Assembly: GCF_018977255.1 (NCBI RefSeq)
Contig: NW_024704743.1
Location: 45,944,001 to 46,008,000 of the forward strand
Length of the DNA stretch: 64,000 nucleotides
Direction of reading: 5' to 3'
Origin: Callorhinchus milii
Lineage: Eukaryota
Under the pieces are notes generated by a model. That model searched no databases, was not told the DNA's origin, and saw only the letters and a program-made list of their open reading frames with translations. Below are positions 53,351 to 64,000 of this stretch, one piece after another. The first letter of the stretch is position 1, and every line of letters starts with the position of its first letter. The translations under genes were made by a program, and so were the position numbers.

Positions 53351-54264
53351 AGAAGGTGATTGAGGCCAGGACATTAGATTCATTTAAAAAACAGCTTGTT
53401 GCTGTGATGGAAGGAAGGTAGGGTGGGTGTTCTGGAAGAACGAGATCAGATTCACTGATCTTGTAAATAACACAGTAAAAGTGAGTTCAGAATTCCATTC
53501 CAGGCACTTCAGATAAGAATAAATCTAAAACTAGATTCCAGAAATAATGCCCATTAAGAATTTAAAACACTACTGTTTAACCCCAGAATTTATGGTGCAA
53601 AGCAATGACAGTATCACAACCCAATATAATTCAAACATCAAATCAGTAGAAAGTTATAAAAGCTTCATTCTGGTTTAACCCAGTTTGATGCTGCAAATAC
53701 ATAGTTATTGTACTGCATATCAATGATGAAATTTATTTGGATTTCAGACCAATGTGCTCACTGAACTGGATTTATTAAAATACATATTTTGTGCAGTGAA
53801 GCAATTCTTATTTGGATAGGGAAATTTATAGGTTAGCATAACACAGCGCAAATGCAGAGCAAAGCTGATAGGAAAAGAAACTGGGCTGGGATAATGTAAA
53901 AGGGAGCTTTATTTTGCTCCAGGATATGCTACACATACACTTATAAACTTTCATCAGCATTCCATCGAAAAAGAAGGAAAACCTAAGGCCTTTGTCATAT
54001 AGCGTTGAGTGACATATTTAATAGGCAATATGTAGTTATCATTCTGCTATCCACTGACTTTGAAATAACATATAGTTCTCTCAGTCTGATAATATTCAGT
54101 CAGGAGGACTCATTTCCATGTTAGAAAGTTGTGGGTTTGATGCTATATTGGGACTTGAGCTTGTAAACTAGACTGATATTCTATTGCAATATTGAATAAG
54201 TGCTGCATCACCAGAAGTTTCATTCTGTTCGATGAGACATTAAACCAAGATCAGCTGGTTGAGG

Positions 54265-54735
54265 ATATGGAGCTTGTGTCCTCTCCCGCACCAGGCTCCA
54301 TGACCCTATGAACCCCACCCGTCTCCACTGGCTCCCTATCCTCCAGTTCAAAATCCTTGTCCTCGCCTTCAAGGCTCTCCACTGCCTAGCTCCTTCCTGC
54401 CTTTGTGATCTGCTACGCCCACATCAACCTGTTCATTTCCTCCGCTCAGCAGGCTCCGTCCTGTTCCACATCACCCGCCTGGCCTGCCCCATCTTCGGTG
54501 GTCGGGTCTTCAGCCTCTCTGCCCCATGCTTTGGAACTCTATCCCATATTCCCTTTGTGTCGCTCCCTCCCTTGCCTCCTTCAAAGCACATCTCAAGACC
54601 CTCCACTTTGACCGCTCCTTCGGCCCCCCTCCCTGATCCCAACCCCCTTGCTTGGGTCCAAATCCCTGACTGTCCAGCGCCTTGGGACATCCTCTCAACG
54701 TGAAAGGAGCTATACAAATGCAATTTTGTATTGTA
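54265..54735 (+). mobile_element. L2 LINE 3' fragment
   Basis: RLHWLPILQFKILVLAFKALHCLAPSCLCDLL and an L2 tail; abuts a truncated Deu-SINE 5' part at about 54080-54250. Confidence 0.9.
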
Positions 54736-55644
54736 TCAAAAATAATAATCCTTGCATTTGATATAGCGCCATATCACGTCATTGAGACATCTCAAAGCAC
54801 TTCACAGAACATATTGTAAAGTGAATTGACTGTATAATTTGTGGCCGAAATGTGAATTTTTTTTTCAACAGGGATTATTACCCCCACAAACGATCCACCA
54901 ATCAAGTAAAACAAGTGAAAGAACTCAAGAGAGAGAAAATGAGAAAAGGGCCGAGTGAAAGCTAGAGAGAGATGAGAGTCAGAGAGAACAACAACGAGAG
55001 AACAGTGTGACACTATAACGATTGTACACCTTCTGGTGGAAGAATTTTATAGTTAGCACTGCAGCAAATTTGTATTTTCCGTATGTCCAATTAACTGCAC
55101 TGTTCACATTTTCTCAAAGGAACTGATCCCAATTAGTGTGGATTTCATAGAGAAGTATGGAACAATACACAGGATTTTGGTTGATCATATCCACTCCTTT
55201 TCTAGATTTCACCCTTATTACCCAGTTACTATCTTGATTGTCACTACAAAAATCTCAGTGTACAAGGAACTAATTTGATAAGGCCATTCAGCACAAACTT
55301 TACTAAGCCAGATTTAAAACTTATTCTGTCATCACTGGCTTGTCTCTCAGTCTTAATTTTTTCCCTAGAATTAGTTCATAAACTTCTCAGGGAGTATAAA
55401 TTAATTTGGTCATTTTCTGGTCAACCATCCTGGTATGTGTTGCACTCTTTCTCATTTTGCTGAAATTTCTACTGATATTATTCCTATTTGTGTTCCTCCC
55501 TTCTTAACTATTACAATGCATTGTCTGTAGTCACTATCCCAAAGCTGAATTCAGAAAATCAGATTTCTTTCCAATTATTTTTGCATTTGAAAAAAATCTT
55601 TTCTCACAAAAACACACAAGAGCTTGCATTTCTATAGCGCTCCT

Positions 55645-56010
55645 CATATAGAAACCTATAAGATTCTTAAGCGTCTTGACAGGGTAGATGCCGTGAGACT
55701 GTTTCCCCTGGTTGGAGAATCTAAAAGTAGGGGTCAGAGTCTCAAGATTAAGGGTCAGTCTTTTCAAACTGAGTTGAGGAAACATTTCTTCACTCAGAGG
55801 GTAGTGAATTTGTGGAATTCTCTACCCCAGAAGGCTGTGGATGCTCAGTCCTTGAACATATTCAAGACTGAGGTTGACAGATTTCTAAAGGATAGAGGAA
55901 TTAAGAGATATGGGGATAAGGCGGGTAAATGGAATTAGGTTAGAAGATCAGCCATGATCTTATTAAATGGTGGGGCAGACTCGAATGGCCTACTCCTGCT
56001 CCTATGTCTT
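55645..56010 (+). mobile_element. CR1 LINE 3' fragment
   Basis: IETYKILKRLDRVDAVRLFPLVGESKSRGQSLKI...FFTQRVVNLWNSLP...FKTEVDRFL, then the gaatggcctactcctgctcctatg 3' end. Confidence 0.92.
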
Positions 56011-56907
56011 ATAGGGTAAAGCTTCGGAGTGCTTTACATAGACCCTGGTGGATATCGAGCAGGGGTAGTGAGGTGACTTTAGGTTAGGTCAAAGAGTTGG
56101 GAAGTTACTTTAGGTTAAGTCAAACAGTTATTTGGGAGACAGATAGAGAAGTAGGGAGGGAACGAGGTGGAAGGATTTAGCGAACAAGTTCCAGAGAATA
56201 GGGCTACAATAGCTGAAGGCTCACCCACCAATGGTGGGGCAGAGGAAATGAGGAACAACCACCAGGCCCAAATTTGTTGAGCAGAGCAGATAAGCAGGAA
56301 AGTGAGGCTGGAGAAAATTGCTGAAATAGGGAGGTGCAAAGATATTATGGTGAGAGGAACTGTAGGTGAGAGTAAGGATATTGAAGTCAATCTTCTGGGA
56401 AATGGGAAGTCTGGACTCATAACGATGTGGATGAGGGGCTCAGGAGACCAGGGTGAGAGGTGGCCTATATTAGAACAGTGAAGGAGAACTAAATGAGTGA
56501 GACAATTTGAAGGACACTTGGAAGTCAAACAAGACATCAATGTGCAATACTGGCTCTGTGGGGTAGAGTGAGCATCCGTGCAGGTTGATACAGTCAGCGC
56601 TCAAGGTGAAAAGGGTCTAACGTGCTCAAGATAATATATTGAGCAAAGAGAAGGTTCCTAGCTGGCAGGAAAGTTTTTTGTTTTTATTTGCACATAAGAA
56701 ACAGGTAATATTTTGTTACCCATTAGTATCTAGCCACCGAAGAGTATTAGTAAATATTTATGTAATCAATAACCAGATAGCTCCTTAAAGAGATTTACAT
56801 AGAATATACAGCATGGAAACAGGTCATTCTGCCCAACCAGTCTGTGCCAGTGTTTATGCTCTATATCAATCTCCACCCACTCCTTACTCTCTTCCATACC
56901 CTTCTAT

Positions 56908-57085
56908 TCCCCTCTGTCTCAACATCCTCGCCCTCACCAAAACCTGGGTCACTCCGGGCGACACCTTCCCCCTGACAGAGGCCACACCACCCTTCCATCA
57001 TACCCCATGATCTAACCGCCATGGCGGCGGTGTGGCTCTCCTCCCTGTCCCTGCTCGGCCTATCCCCTTACTCTTCTGGAACTTT
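56908..57085 (+). mobile_element. Isolated L2/CR1-group APE endonuclease N-terminal fragment
   Basis: Translation LNILALTKTWVTPGDTFPLTEATPP-FHHTP*SNRHGGGVAL matches the LxxTETW...GGGVAL endonuclease motifs. Confidence 0.8.
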
Positions 57086-58134
57086 CTGGTAATCCCTCAA
57101 GAAAAAATCCCCAAACAATAATAATTTAGTTACTCAATCCACAACTGTTTGTAGGACACTGCTGTGTGCAATTGGCTGCCGCATTTCTCCCCCAAAATAT
57201 ACAGTCAATTCACTTTACACTATATTCTGTGACGTGCTTTAAGATGTCTAGAAGACTTGAAAAAATATTAAATGCAAAGATTATTATTATTACTGGAGAT
57301 ATACAATTAAAAATGCAACAAATGATTCATTCTCCAAGAAAAATCTGATTTTGGGTTTAGGTCAAACACAACTGCAAACTATACTGTTTGGTTAAAAAGC
57401 TGAGCTGTGCCATATAATGTAATAAGTACAAATAGGTGTAATGTATAATCAGAACATATTTCCGTAAGGATAGTGAAAGCAAAGAGTGAGATGTTATTGC
57501 TAAATAATAATATCGCTAAACACGGTCATATTCAATACAATCTGCAAAATACAGGATATCACACTAGGGAAAGAGTATTATCACTTTTTCTCACAAGTTT
57601 GTGTAACTTAATCAGTTATTTAAGTTGTTCACAGAGTGCCTAACAGTTATGTAAGCATTGCTGTAAGTGAAAGCTGCAGCAAAGGATGATGCGTGTAAAT
57701 TTTGGGCTTTTGTAACCACAGTCTGGTCTCAAAAGCAATGTGTGGTGCAGGATGTTAAACGATAATTGAGATTAACCTTTAACTTTTTTTCCTGATCACC
57801 TCAGACCACATACCTCCTACTGCAGATAAGGCGAGAAAGGTTACCTGTTCCCAGGCCTCTGTCAATCTACTCAAGTTAGACACTAACAGCCTCACAAGCA
57901 ACAGAGATTCACACTCTTTGTTTTTTTTCTTAGCGAGGAACAGCATTGAGTAGAAAGAAAGAGGAGTCAAAATAGAAGAAAGTATTTCTAGAGAAATAAT
58001 GATATAAACAATGTAAAACATGATTACCCTCTGCATAGTCTGCAAGTATATGTAAACTATGAAAATTGGAATCAGCAAAGGCAAATTCTTTAAATGCATT
58101 TTACTGTCATCATGACACAAAATATTTAACATAC

Positions 58135-58199
58135 CTCAATGCCTCTTCATCATCTTTTTGAGCATCTATTCTGGACACGTACTCCTTTAGGGTAATCTC
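58135..58199 (-). CDS. AZI2: AZI2 short linker exon (65 nt, phase 0 to phase 2): EITLKEYVSRIDAQKDDEEAL(R)
   Basis: Acceptor ctcacattccttacattccag|, donor AG|gtatgt, open frame. AG+A = Arg joins it to 45724. Size and phases fit the short, poorly conserved exon preceding the TBK1-binding exon in human. Amino-acid similarity itself is weak. Confidence 0.8.
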
Positions 58200-58244
58200 C
58201 TGGAATGTAAGGAATGTGAGGATTATTGATAGTAAATGAGAGAC

Positions 58245-58652
58245 AATAATAATCCATACATTTGGTATAGTGCCTTTCACGTTGGGAGGACATCCCAGAG
58301 CACTTCACAGGATGCACTGTAAAGTGTAATGACTGTGTTTTGTGAGCAAATATGGCAGTCAATCCAATGTGTGCACAGCAATGTCCCACAAACAGCCTTT
58401 TGAAGTGAATGACTGCTGGACAGGACACGGGGAGAATTTCCCCTCTCTTTTTGAATAGTGCCATGACAGCTTTAATGTCCATCTGAGCAGTTAGATGGGA
58501 CCTTATCCAAAAAATGTCACTTCCAGCAATATAGCAGCACTGCACTGGCATGTCAGCTTAGAGCACAATAGTTCCAAGTCCCATTGTGGGGGTTGAACCC
58601 ACACTCCTCTGACTCAGAGGTGAGAGTGCTACCAACTGATCCAGGCTGACAC
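58245..58652 (-). mobile_element. SINE family B (Deu-domain), full length, ending 45 nt upstream of the AZI2 65-nt exon
   Basis: Reverse complement head gtcagcctggatcagttggtagcactctcacctctgagtcagaggagtgtgggttcaacccc, then core and tail. Confidence 0.85.
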
Positions 58653-61600
58653 AATATTTGTCCTTACCTGTCCAAATAGCTGTAAAAAAAAAATTGGCAC
58701 AATTGTAGTGGAAAGTTTTAACTTTTATCAATTTATCTACTCTGAAATTTAAAAATACATTCAACATCAAGCCCATTCTTTTAAGAGTTGAAATAACCTA
58801 TTCAGTTATCGTTGCCATATATTCTGTGAAGCGCGTGAAGACGTGATAAGGCACTATATCAAATGCAAGCATTATTATTATCTTTTCAGCAGGTTGAGGA
58901 AAAAACTGAAACAAGGCAAGCCGTGTGATCCACATTTAGCTGTAAGGTTACAGTGCCAAAGCGGTACCACTGATTAAAACTTACACAGCAGACACTGAAT
59001 ATTCACATACTCTGACAAAATAAAATATTTTAAGGTTGTACCAGTCTCCAAATTGTACTTTAAATCTCACTAAACAAAATATTCAACATGGGAGGCTCAG
59101 GGGAAACTGCCTCAGGATAAAATAATGGGAACAGTAACGTACCCTTTGAAACAACAACATTCCTATGTAAAAAAAACTAAACCAATTTTAAGTAGAATTT
59201 TATACTGCACAAGTAGTATAAACAAAATACCACTGACACATAGTGGGGTGGAGGGGGGGTTTCTAAACAACTCACCTTACCTTTGCATACTGTGCAAGTA
59301 ACTTCTCTTCCCTCTTCAACACAAAATCAATTCTAAATTCAGTGTTTGAATCTCAAGTATTTCCCATGTACTTTAGACAAACTATGATCGAGGGCCATTT
59401 TTCCAGGTGTGCTTCTCTTCATTATGGAGCCACGTGGGAGCCTTCTTCAGAGAGCTGTTGCAAGGGAACTTATTAAAGAGGGATATGAAGCTCAGAACAG
59501 CTGCTGCAAACAGCAGCTAACTACTGCTGTATCATGTACATCAAAAGCCTCATCTCGATTTTGTTTTACAGAAAAAATTGTGAGCTCTTAATTTTCAATT
59601 AATAGATCAATAACTGAAATGATTTTGTAATAGGTTACAGCTGCGCAAACATTTCTGTACAGCAATAAAACCGTAATCTCTCTCACATCATTCAAGATTG
59701 TCTGGCAGTTTGCCATTCTTTCATGCAATAATTTGATTTGACCAGGAATAGCATCAGCCAATAACAATGCACTGTAGATTCAACCTCAGAAAAACGTCGT
59801 CTAATATTGTGATTTTTCATTTCTTCACATCAGTCATCCTTTGAGATTATCAATTTAGTATTAGTTGATAATGAGTTGCCAACAGTTCTGTGCTTTTGGG
59901 CTGTATCACTGAAAAATAGATTTTTTTCAATTTTTACTGTGAAGAGGCAAAAATGACTCAAGGGCACCGAAAGCAGAAACCATTCGAAGGGTAGCCTGGC
60001 CAGAATGGGGGTTGAAGATGGTCATGTTGATTCACTGCTACAAATTCAATGTGAAGCCCATCAACACATCTTGAATTCACAAATTCAAGTAAATGGAGCC
60101 ATCAAAATATCTTTTCTCTCAACATTTTAAGTTTACAATGTTTATTATAAGTGGTGAATCAGTGATGAATAATATGGCTTCCATCTCATTCTAGATGGAT
60201 GCACTGGCAGACAGCTGGGAACTATAGAGGAATAGTGCACAGCACCAAGGAGATATGAAAAGGGAAAACTGTAGTTTCTAAATTATAAGAAAACATTTTA
60301 AATTGTTGGATAAAAGAAGCTAAATCGATCAATTCTGCTCGAGTAGATATCTGCATGGATAAAATTTGTAAAGAAAAAGTATTCCATCACAAATTGACCA
60401 GTTACTAACTTGCTCTATCAACCCAAAAATAAGTTGATTTATACAGCAACTTCATATAAAAGGAAGTTTCAAAGCACTTCATGTGGTAGATGCAGAGGGA
60501 AATAAGTACTGAGCGAAAACATGATTGAAAAGTATGTTTAGACCTTCCTCTTCAACCGTGCATATGGCCACCTCCCCTTTCCCCCAGGCTCGACAACAAA
60601 CCACCATCGTCAAGCGCTCCAAGACACTACTCTGCATGAAGGGCGCTATATAGATGCAAGTTGTTGTTGTATAGTGAGGGTTTTGTAGGCAGGGAATGAG
60701 ATAGCAACAACTTCTATTTACATAGTACTCTTTGGGTAGGGCAATGTCTTGAAGTGCTTTACAAACATAGGCTCCAATGCCAAACAGGGAGTGGGAGGGT
60801 GGGAAGAAAGGTGGAGGCATCCATGGGGGTGGACAAACAGGTATGATTTTAAGATGGAACTTAAAGGCAAAAAAAAGGGGTGAGTCAGAGGGGGTAGAGT
60901 GGGTGAGGGGAGTTCCAGAGTATAGGGCTATAGTTGCTGATGGTGGAGTGGAGGGGGCAGAAGGCACGTAGCACAGGACAACACTATGGTGCAGAATATT
61001 GGTGTATAAGACCATTACATCATGGTGCATGAGGTTTGTACCCATTTCCACAAATAGCACATTTCTAATCACAGCCTTGTTGTTGTGGGAGGTAATAGTG
61101 AGAGGACCATGTTTTATTTCCCCGCCAGAAAGTGGTGTGGGAGGGAGAAAGAATGGGGAGCAAAGAGGATTTTTTTTTTTTTTTAAATCTTATCTGATAG
61201 ATGACATCAGGTTGCCAGATTAAAGAAGGCGTCCAGTTCATAGTACACGCTCCTCAGCAAAGTTCCATAAACAACAACATAGGGTTGGATGCTGAGCAAA
61301 GAAGGGAAGTCGGGAGATCAAATAATTTTTTTATTAGTAATAAAAATCCCTGCATTTAATATAGCATCTTAGCACATCATCAAGATGTATCAAAGCGTTT
61401 CATGGGATTTACTATAAAGTGGTATGACAGTATGTATTTTGGGGATAAATGCAGCAGCCACTTTTGCGAAAAAGCAATGTCTCACAAACAGCCATGAAGT
61501 GAAAGACTGATTTTATTTGGTGAATTGTTAGCCAGGAAACCAGGAGAAATTTACTTCTCTTTTCAAATAGTGCCATGGGATCTGTAACATCCACCTGAAA

Positions 61601-62034
61601 TGGCAGACAGGATCTCAGTTTAAAGGGCGGAGACCTTTGACAATGCAGCACACACCCCTAGCATTACAATAGTGTCAGGATAGAAAATGGTTCTTACCTC
61701 GGACGTGGGGTTTGAACCGACAAACTTCTCGGAAAGGCGAGAGTGCTAATAACTGAACCAAACTGATTTAAAGTCAGAGGGGTAAAGAGACTTGGCACAA
61801 AGGAGCTGGGAGACACTCAGTAGAGCAATTAGCCAAGCGCAGGGGGTGAGCAGAGACCTTGAAGTTGATCTTTAGGAGACAGAGACAGCGGAGCCGAGTG
61901 AGGACTGCAGGGATAGGTATGCAGAGTTTGGTGCAGGTGAGGATGCAGAGTTTGGGATGAGCTAGAGTTTTGAACTAGGTGGACATGTTAGGAGTGTATC
62001 TATAAAGGTAATAAAGACATGCATGAGGTGTTAG

Positions 62035-62482
62035 GTGGTGTCTGGTGTGAGATAGGGCAAAAGTGAGCAATGTGAGAAAGATAAAAACAAATTATACTGG
62101 TCCCAGATGCTCAATACACAAAATCACACCTCGTCCCCAAGATGCAATCACCTCTGTCACCGCGACTCTCATCCATCCAAAACACTCAAGACACCCACAC
62201 AGTCCCTCTCACTTATAATCGCACAAAAACACCCACACCCATTGACCTTCGTCTCACACATTCAACAAACTGTTTCACCTGGATTATGCTCACTGAATAA
62301 ATAATGAATGACACAGGCGCCACTTTGGCTCAGTTGAAGGCACTTCTGGATTAGAAGGTTATGGGGTACAGTGGTGTCTGGTGTGAGACAGGGCAGAGGT
62401 GAGCAATGTGGCAAAGATAAAAATAAATTATACTGGTCCCAGATGCGCAATACACAAAACCACACCTAGTCCCCGAGATGTA
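62035..62482. repeat. ~110-bp direct repeat pair with 336-bp offset (62035-62146 and 62371-62482)
   Basis: gtggtgtctggtgtgaga.agggca...aaattatactggtcccagatgc.caatacacaaaa.cacacct.gtcccc.agatg is present twice with scattered substitutions. Confidence 0.9.
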
Positions 62483-62820
62483 GAGTCCTGTAGCTCTGTG
62501 GTTAGAGCGCTCGCCTCGCAAGAGACTACCTGGGCTTGATTCCTGGTAGGGCAAAACGTTGGGCACATTTCATTACTCCGCATACCTGTTTACCTCGCAG
62601 TAAGTAGGAACCCGGTTGTTAGTCGATTGGCTGATTGCTTTTCCAGAGGTAATAATTCCTTCAAAAAAATTGTTTACTTCAATCCATGACTGTTTGTGGG
62701 ACACTGCTGTGCACAATTGGCTGCCACGTTTCACCCACAAAATATACAGTCAATTCACTTTACAGTATATTCTGTGAAGCACTTTGATACATCAAGGACG
62801 TGATAAAGCGCTATCTCAAA
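62483..62820 (+). mobile_element. SINE family A (tRNA-Ala-like head, CORE-like middle, L2-type tail), near full length
   Basis: Head gagtcctgtagctctgtggttagagcgctcgcctcgcaa. Middle ttgggca...ctgtttacctcgcagtaagtaggaacccgg. Tail ctgtgaagcactttga..cgtgataaagcgctat. Confidence 0.88.
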
Positions 62821-62879
62821 GGAATACACATTGAGATTGAAATTAATAATTGCACTCCAGAAAGGTTCTGGGTAAGCAA

Positions 62880-63305
62880 CATTGCAAGTGTCAGAGTTGC
62901 TGTCCTTCAGATTGATCATTAAAAACAAACTGTATCTTCTTGCACCACTGGCTCCCCATCACCAAATGGATCTACTTAAAGATCCTCACACTTGTGTTCA
63001 AATCCCTTCACTCCCTGGCACCTCGCTCTCCGACCTCCTCACTTCCCAATACACCACCCAGCACCACCATTTGACTGGCACCGGCCTCCTTCTTGTCCAT
63101 CACACCCTCCGCTCCACCAGTAGCGGTTGCGCATTCAGCAGCTACGCCCCAAAACTCTGGAACAGTCTCCTTCAACCCCTCCACTTTGCCTCCTCTCCCC
63201 CCTTTTTCCAAGTCCCGCCTGAAAACCTTCCTTTTTGACCGTGCTTGTGGTCACGTCCCCTGCCCAACTCGGACTTGACTTCACAGATGATATATCAAAT
63301 GCAAG
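62880..63305 (+). mobile_element. L2 LINE 3' fragment; further L2 remnants at about 11690-11820, 12600-12840, 14165-14335, 23300-23590, 30930-31135, 49700-50525, 56010-56560, 60540-60960, 61765-62090
   Basis: cactggctcccc (HWLP) and YAPKLWNSLL..FKSRLKTFLF motifs; the listed segments share these motifs or the L2 tail. Confidence 0.8.
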
Positions 63306-64000
63306 CTAAATTAATTTGCCAACAGATCACGGAGTTGCGTAAGAGCTGAAGTTAAAATAAAACAATGGACTCTATATTAATTGATAAAATAATGGACTCT
63401 GCATCCAAAGGTATTGAACCATTGCTTTGAACCTGAACAACTATCATTGCAAGCTTCGACTTGACTCAAACTTTACTACTCTAAATATGGCTCATAAATT
63501 ACTTCTGCTAAACCGTAACAAACAGGTTGTTCTAAGTGGTTGATTTCACCACCTCAGTGATTCAATTAAACAAAACGTAAACTGTCTGAAAACTGGCTAT
63601 TTCCAACATGGACAAGATTATATATATGGTTTGCATATAAAGCATTTGCAACAATTCAACCAATAATGGGCTTAATTAGCCAGAAAGGAGAATGTGAGTG
63701 TGAAGGAATATGTGCTTCATTTCTGCTTTAATTTGGTTGCTTTCAATATTGTGCAACAACAGCAGTAAGTTACATTTATATAGGGCCCTCCACACGGGGG
63801 TAGCAACTCGGCGCAAAGCGGAGTGCAAACCAGTGAATGTCAGCTTCGGTGCCACATGCACTCACTGACAAATTGCTCCAAATTTTCAAACAGTATCTTT
63901 CTTTCTTCACCCTCCATTTTCTTTTTCTGAGGACATGTACATCCCATGAGAACAGACCATCGATTGCTTTCATACTGCCGCTGATGGCTACAAGTCCATA

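Noticed and set aside
57845..57928. 84-nt exon-like segment on the - strand (KKNKECESLL...AWEQ) with AG/GT ends
   Set aside because: It is open in phase 0 but lies in a phase-2 AZI2 intron, where it would read into TGA. No similarity to AZI2.
60195..60227. ATG GAT GCA CTG (MDAL) after an AG, resembling the AZI2 start
   Set aside because: It is on the wrong strand for AZI2 and stops after 10 codons; coincidence.
63866..63926. 61-nt exon-like segment on the - strand with donor gtgagt
   Set aside because: Weak acceptor, phase 0 to 1 does not join the 65-nt exon, and no resemblance to recalled AZI2 exons.
1..64000. CRISPR-like arrays, operons or other prokaryotic/defence systems
   Set aside because: Recurrent motifs are dispersed, diverged SINE/LINE tails with irregular spacing. 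The DNA is intron-containing vertebrate sequence.

Overview
AT-rich, repeat-dense vertebrate genomic DNA; the six-frame ORF track is almost entirely spurious or retroelement-derived. Reading splice sites by eye gives the 3' parts of two convergent genes. CMC1 (twin CX9C cytochrome c oxidase assembly factor, + strand) has its last two exons at 17485-17575 and 24701-24821. AZI2/NAP1 (TBK1 adaptor, - strand) has its last three exons at 58135-58199, 45600-45724 and 40852-41273. This is the same tail-to-tail arrangement as in human. The 5' exons of both genes were not found and probably lie outside the window. The rest is introns and intergenic DNA filled with decayed L2 and CR1 LINE fragments, at least three SINE or SINE-like families, and a small hAT-type MITE family. 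The SINEs are a tRNA-Ala/CORE-like family, a Deu-domain family, and a ~700 bp family possibly related to LF-SINE. This repeat set suggests a cartilaginous fish, possibly a chimaera (inference). I see no evidence for a new multi-gene system. The best leads are a 12-nt in-frame microexon candidate and a 33-nt mini-exon candidate in AZI2, inverted SINEs around the AZI2 TBK1-binding exon, and the uniformly oriented ~700 bp repeat family. Also worth checking are an unexplained coding-like island in a CMC1 intron, enhancer-like blocks in the long CMC1 intron, and a young inverted L2 pair between the two 3' ends. Repeat boundaries are approximate; all family names and homologue comparisons are from memory, not from searches.
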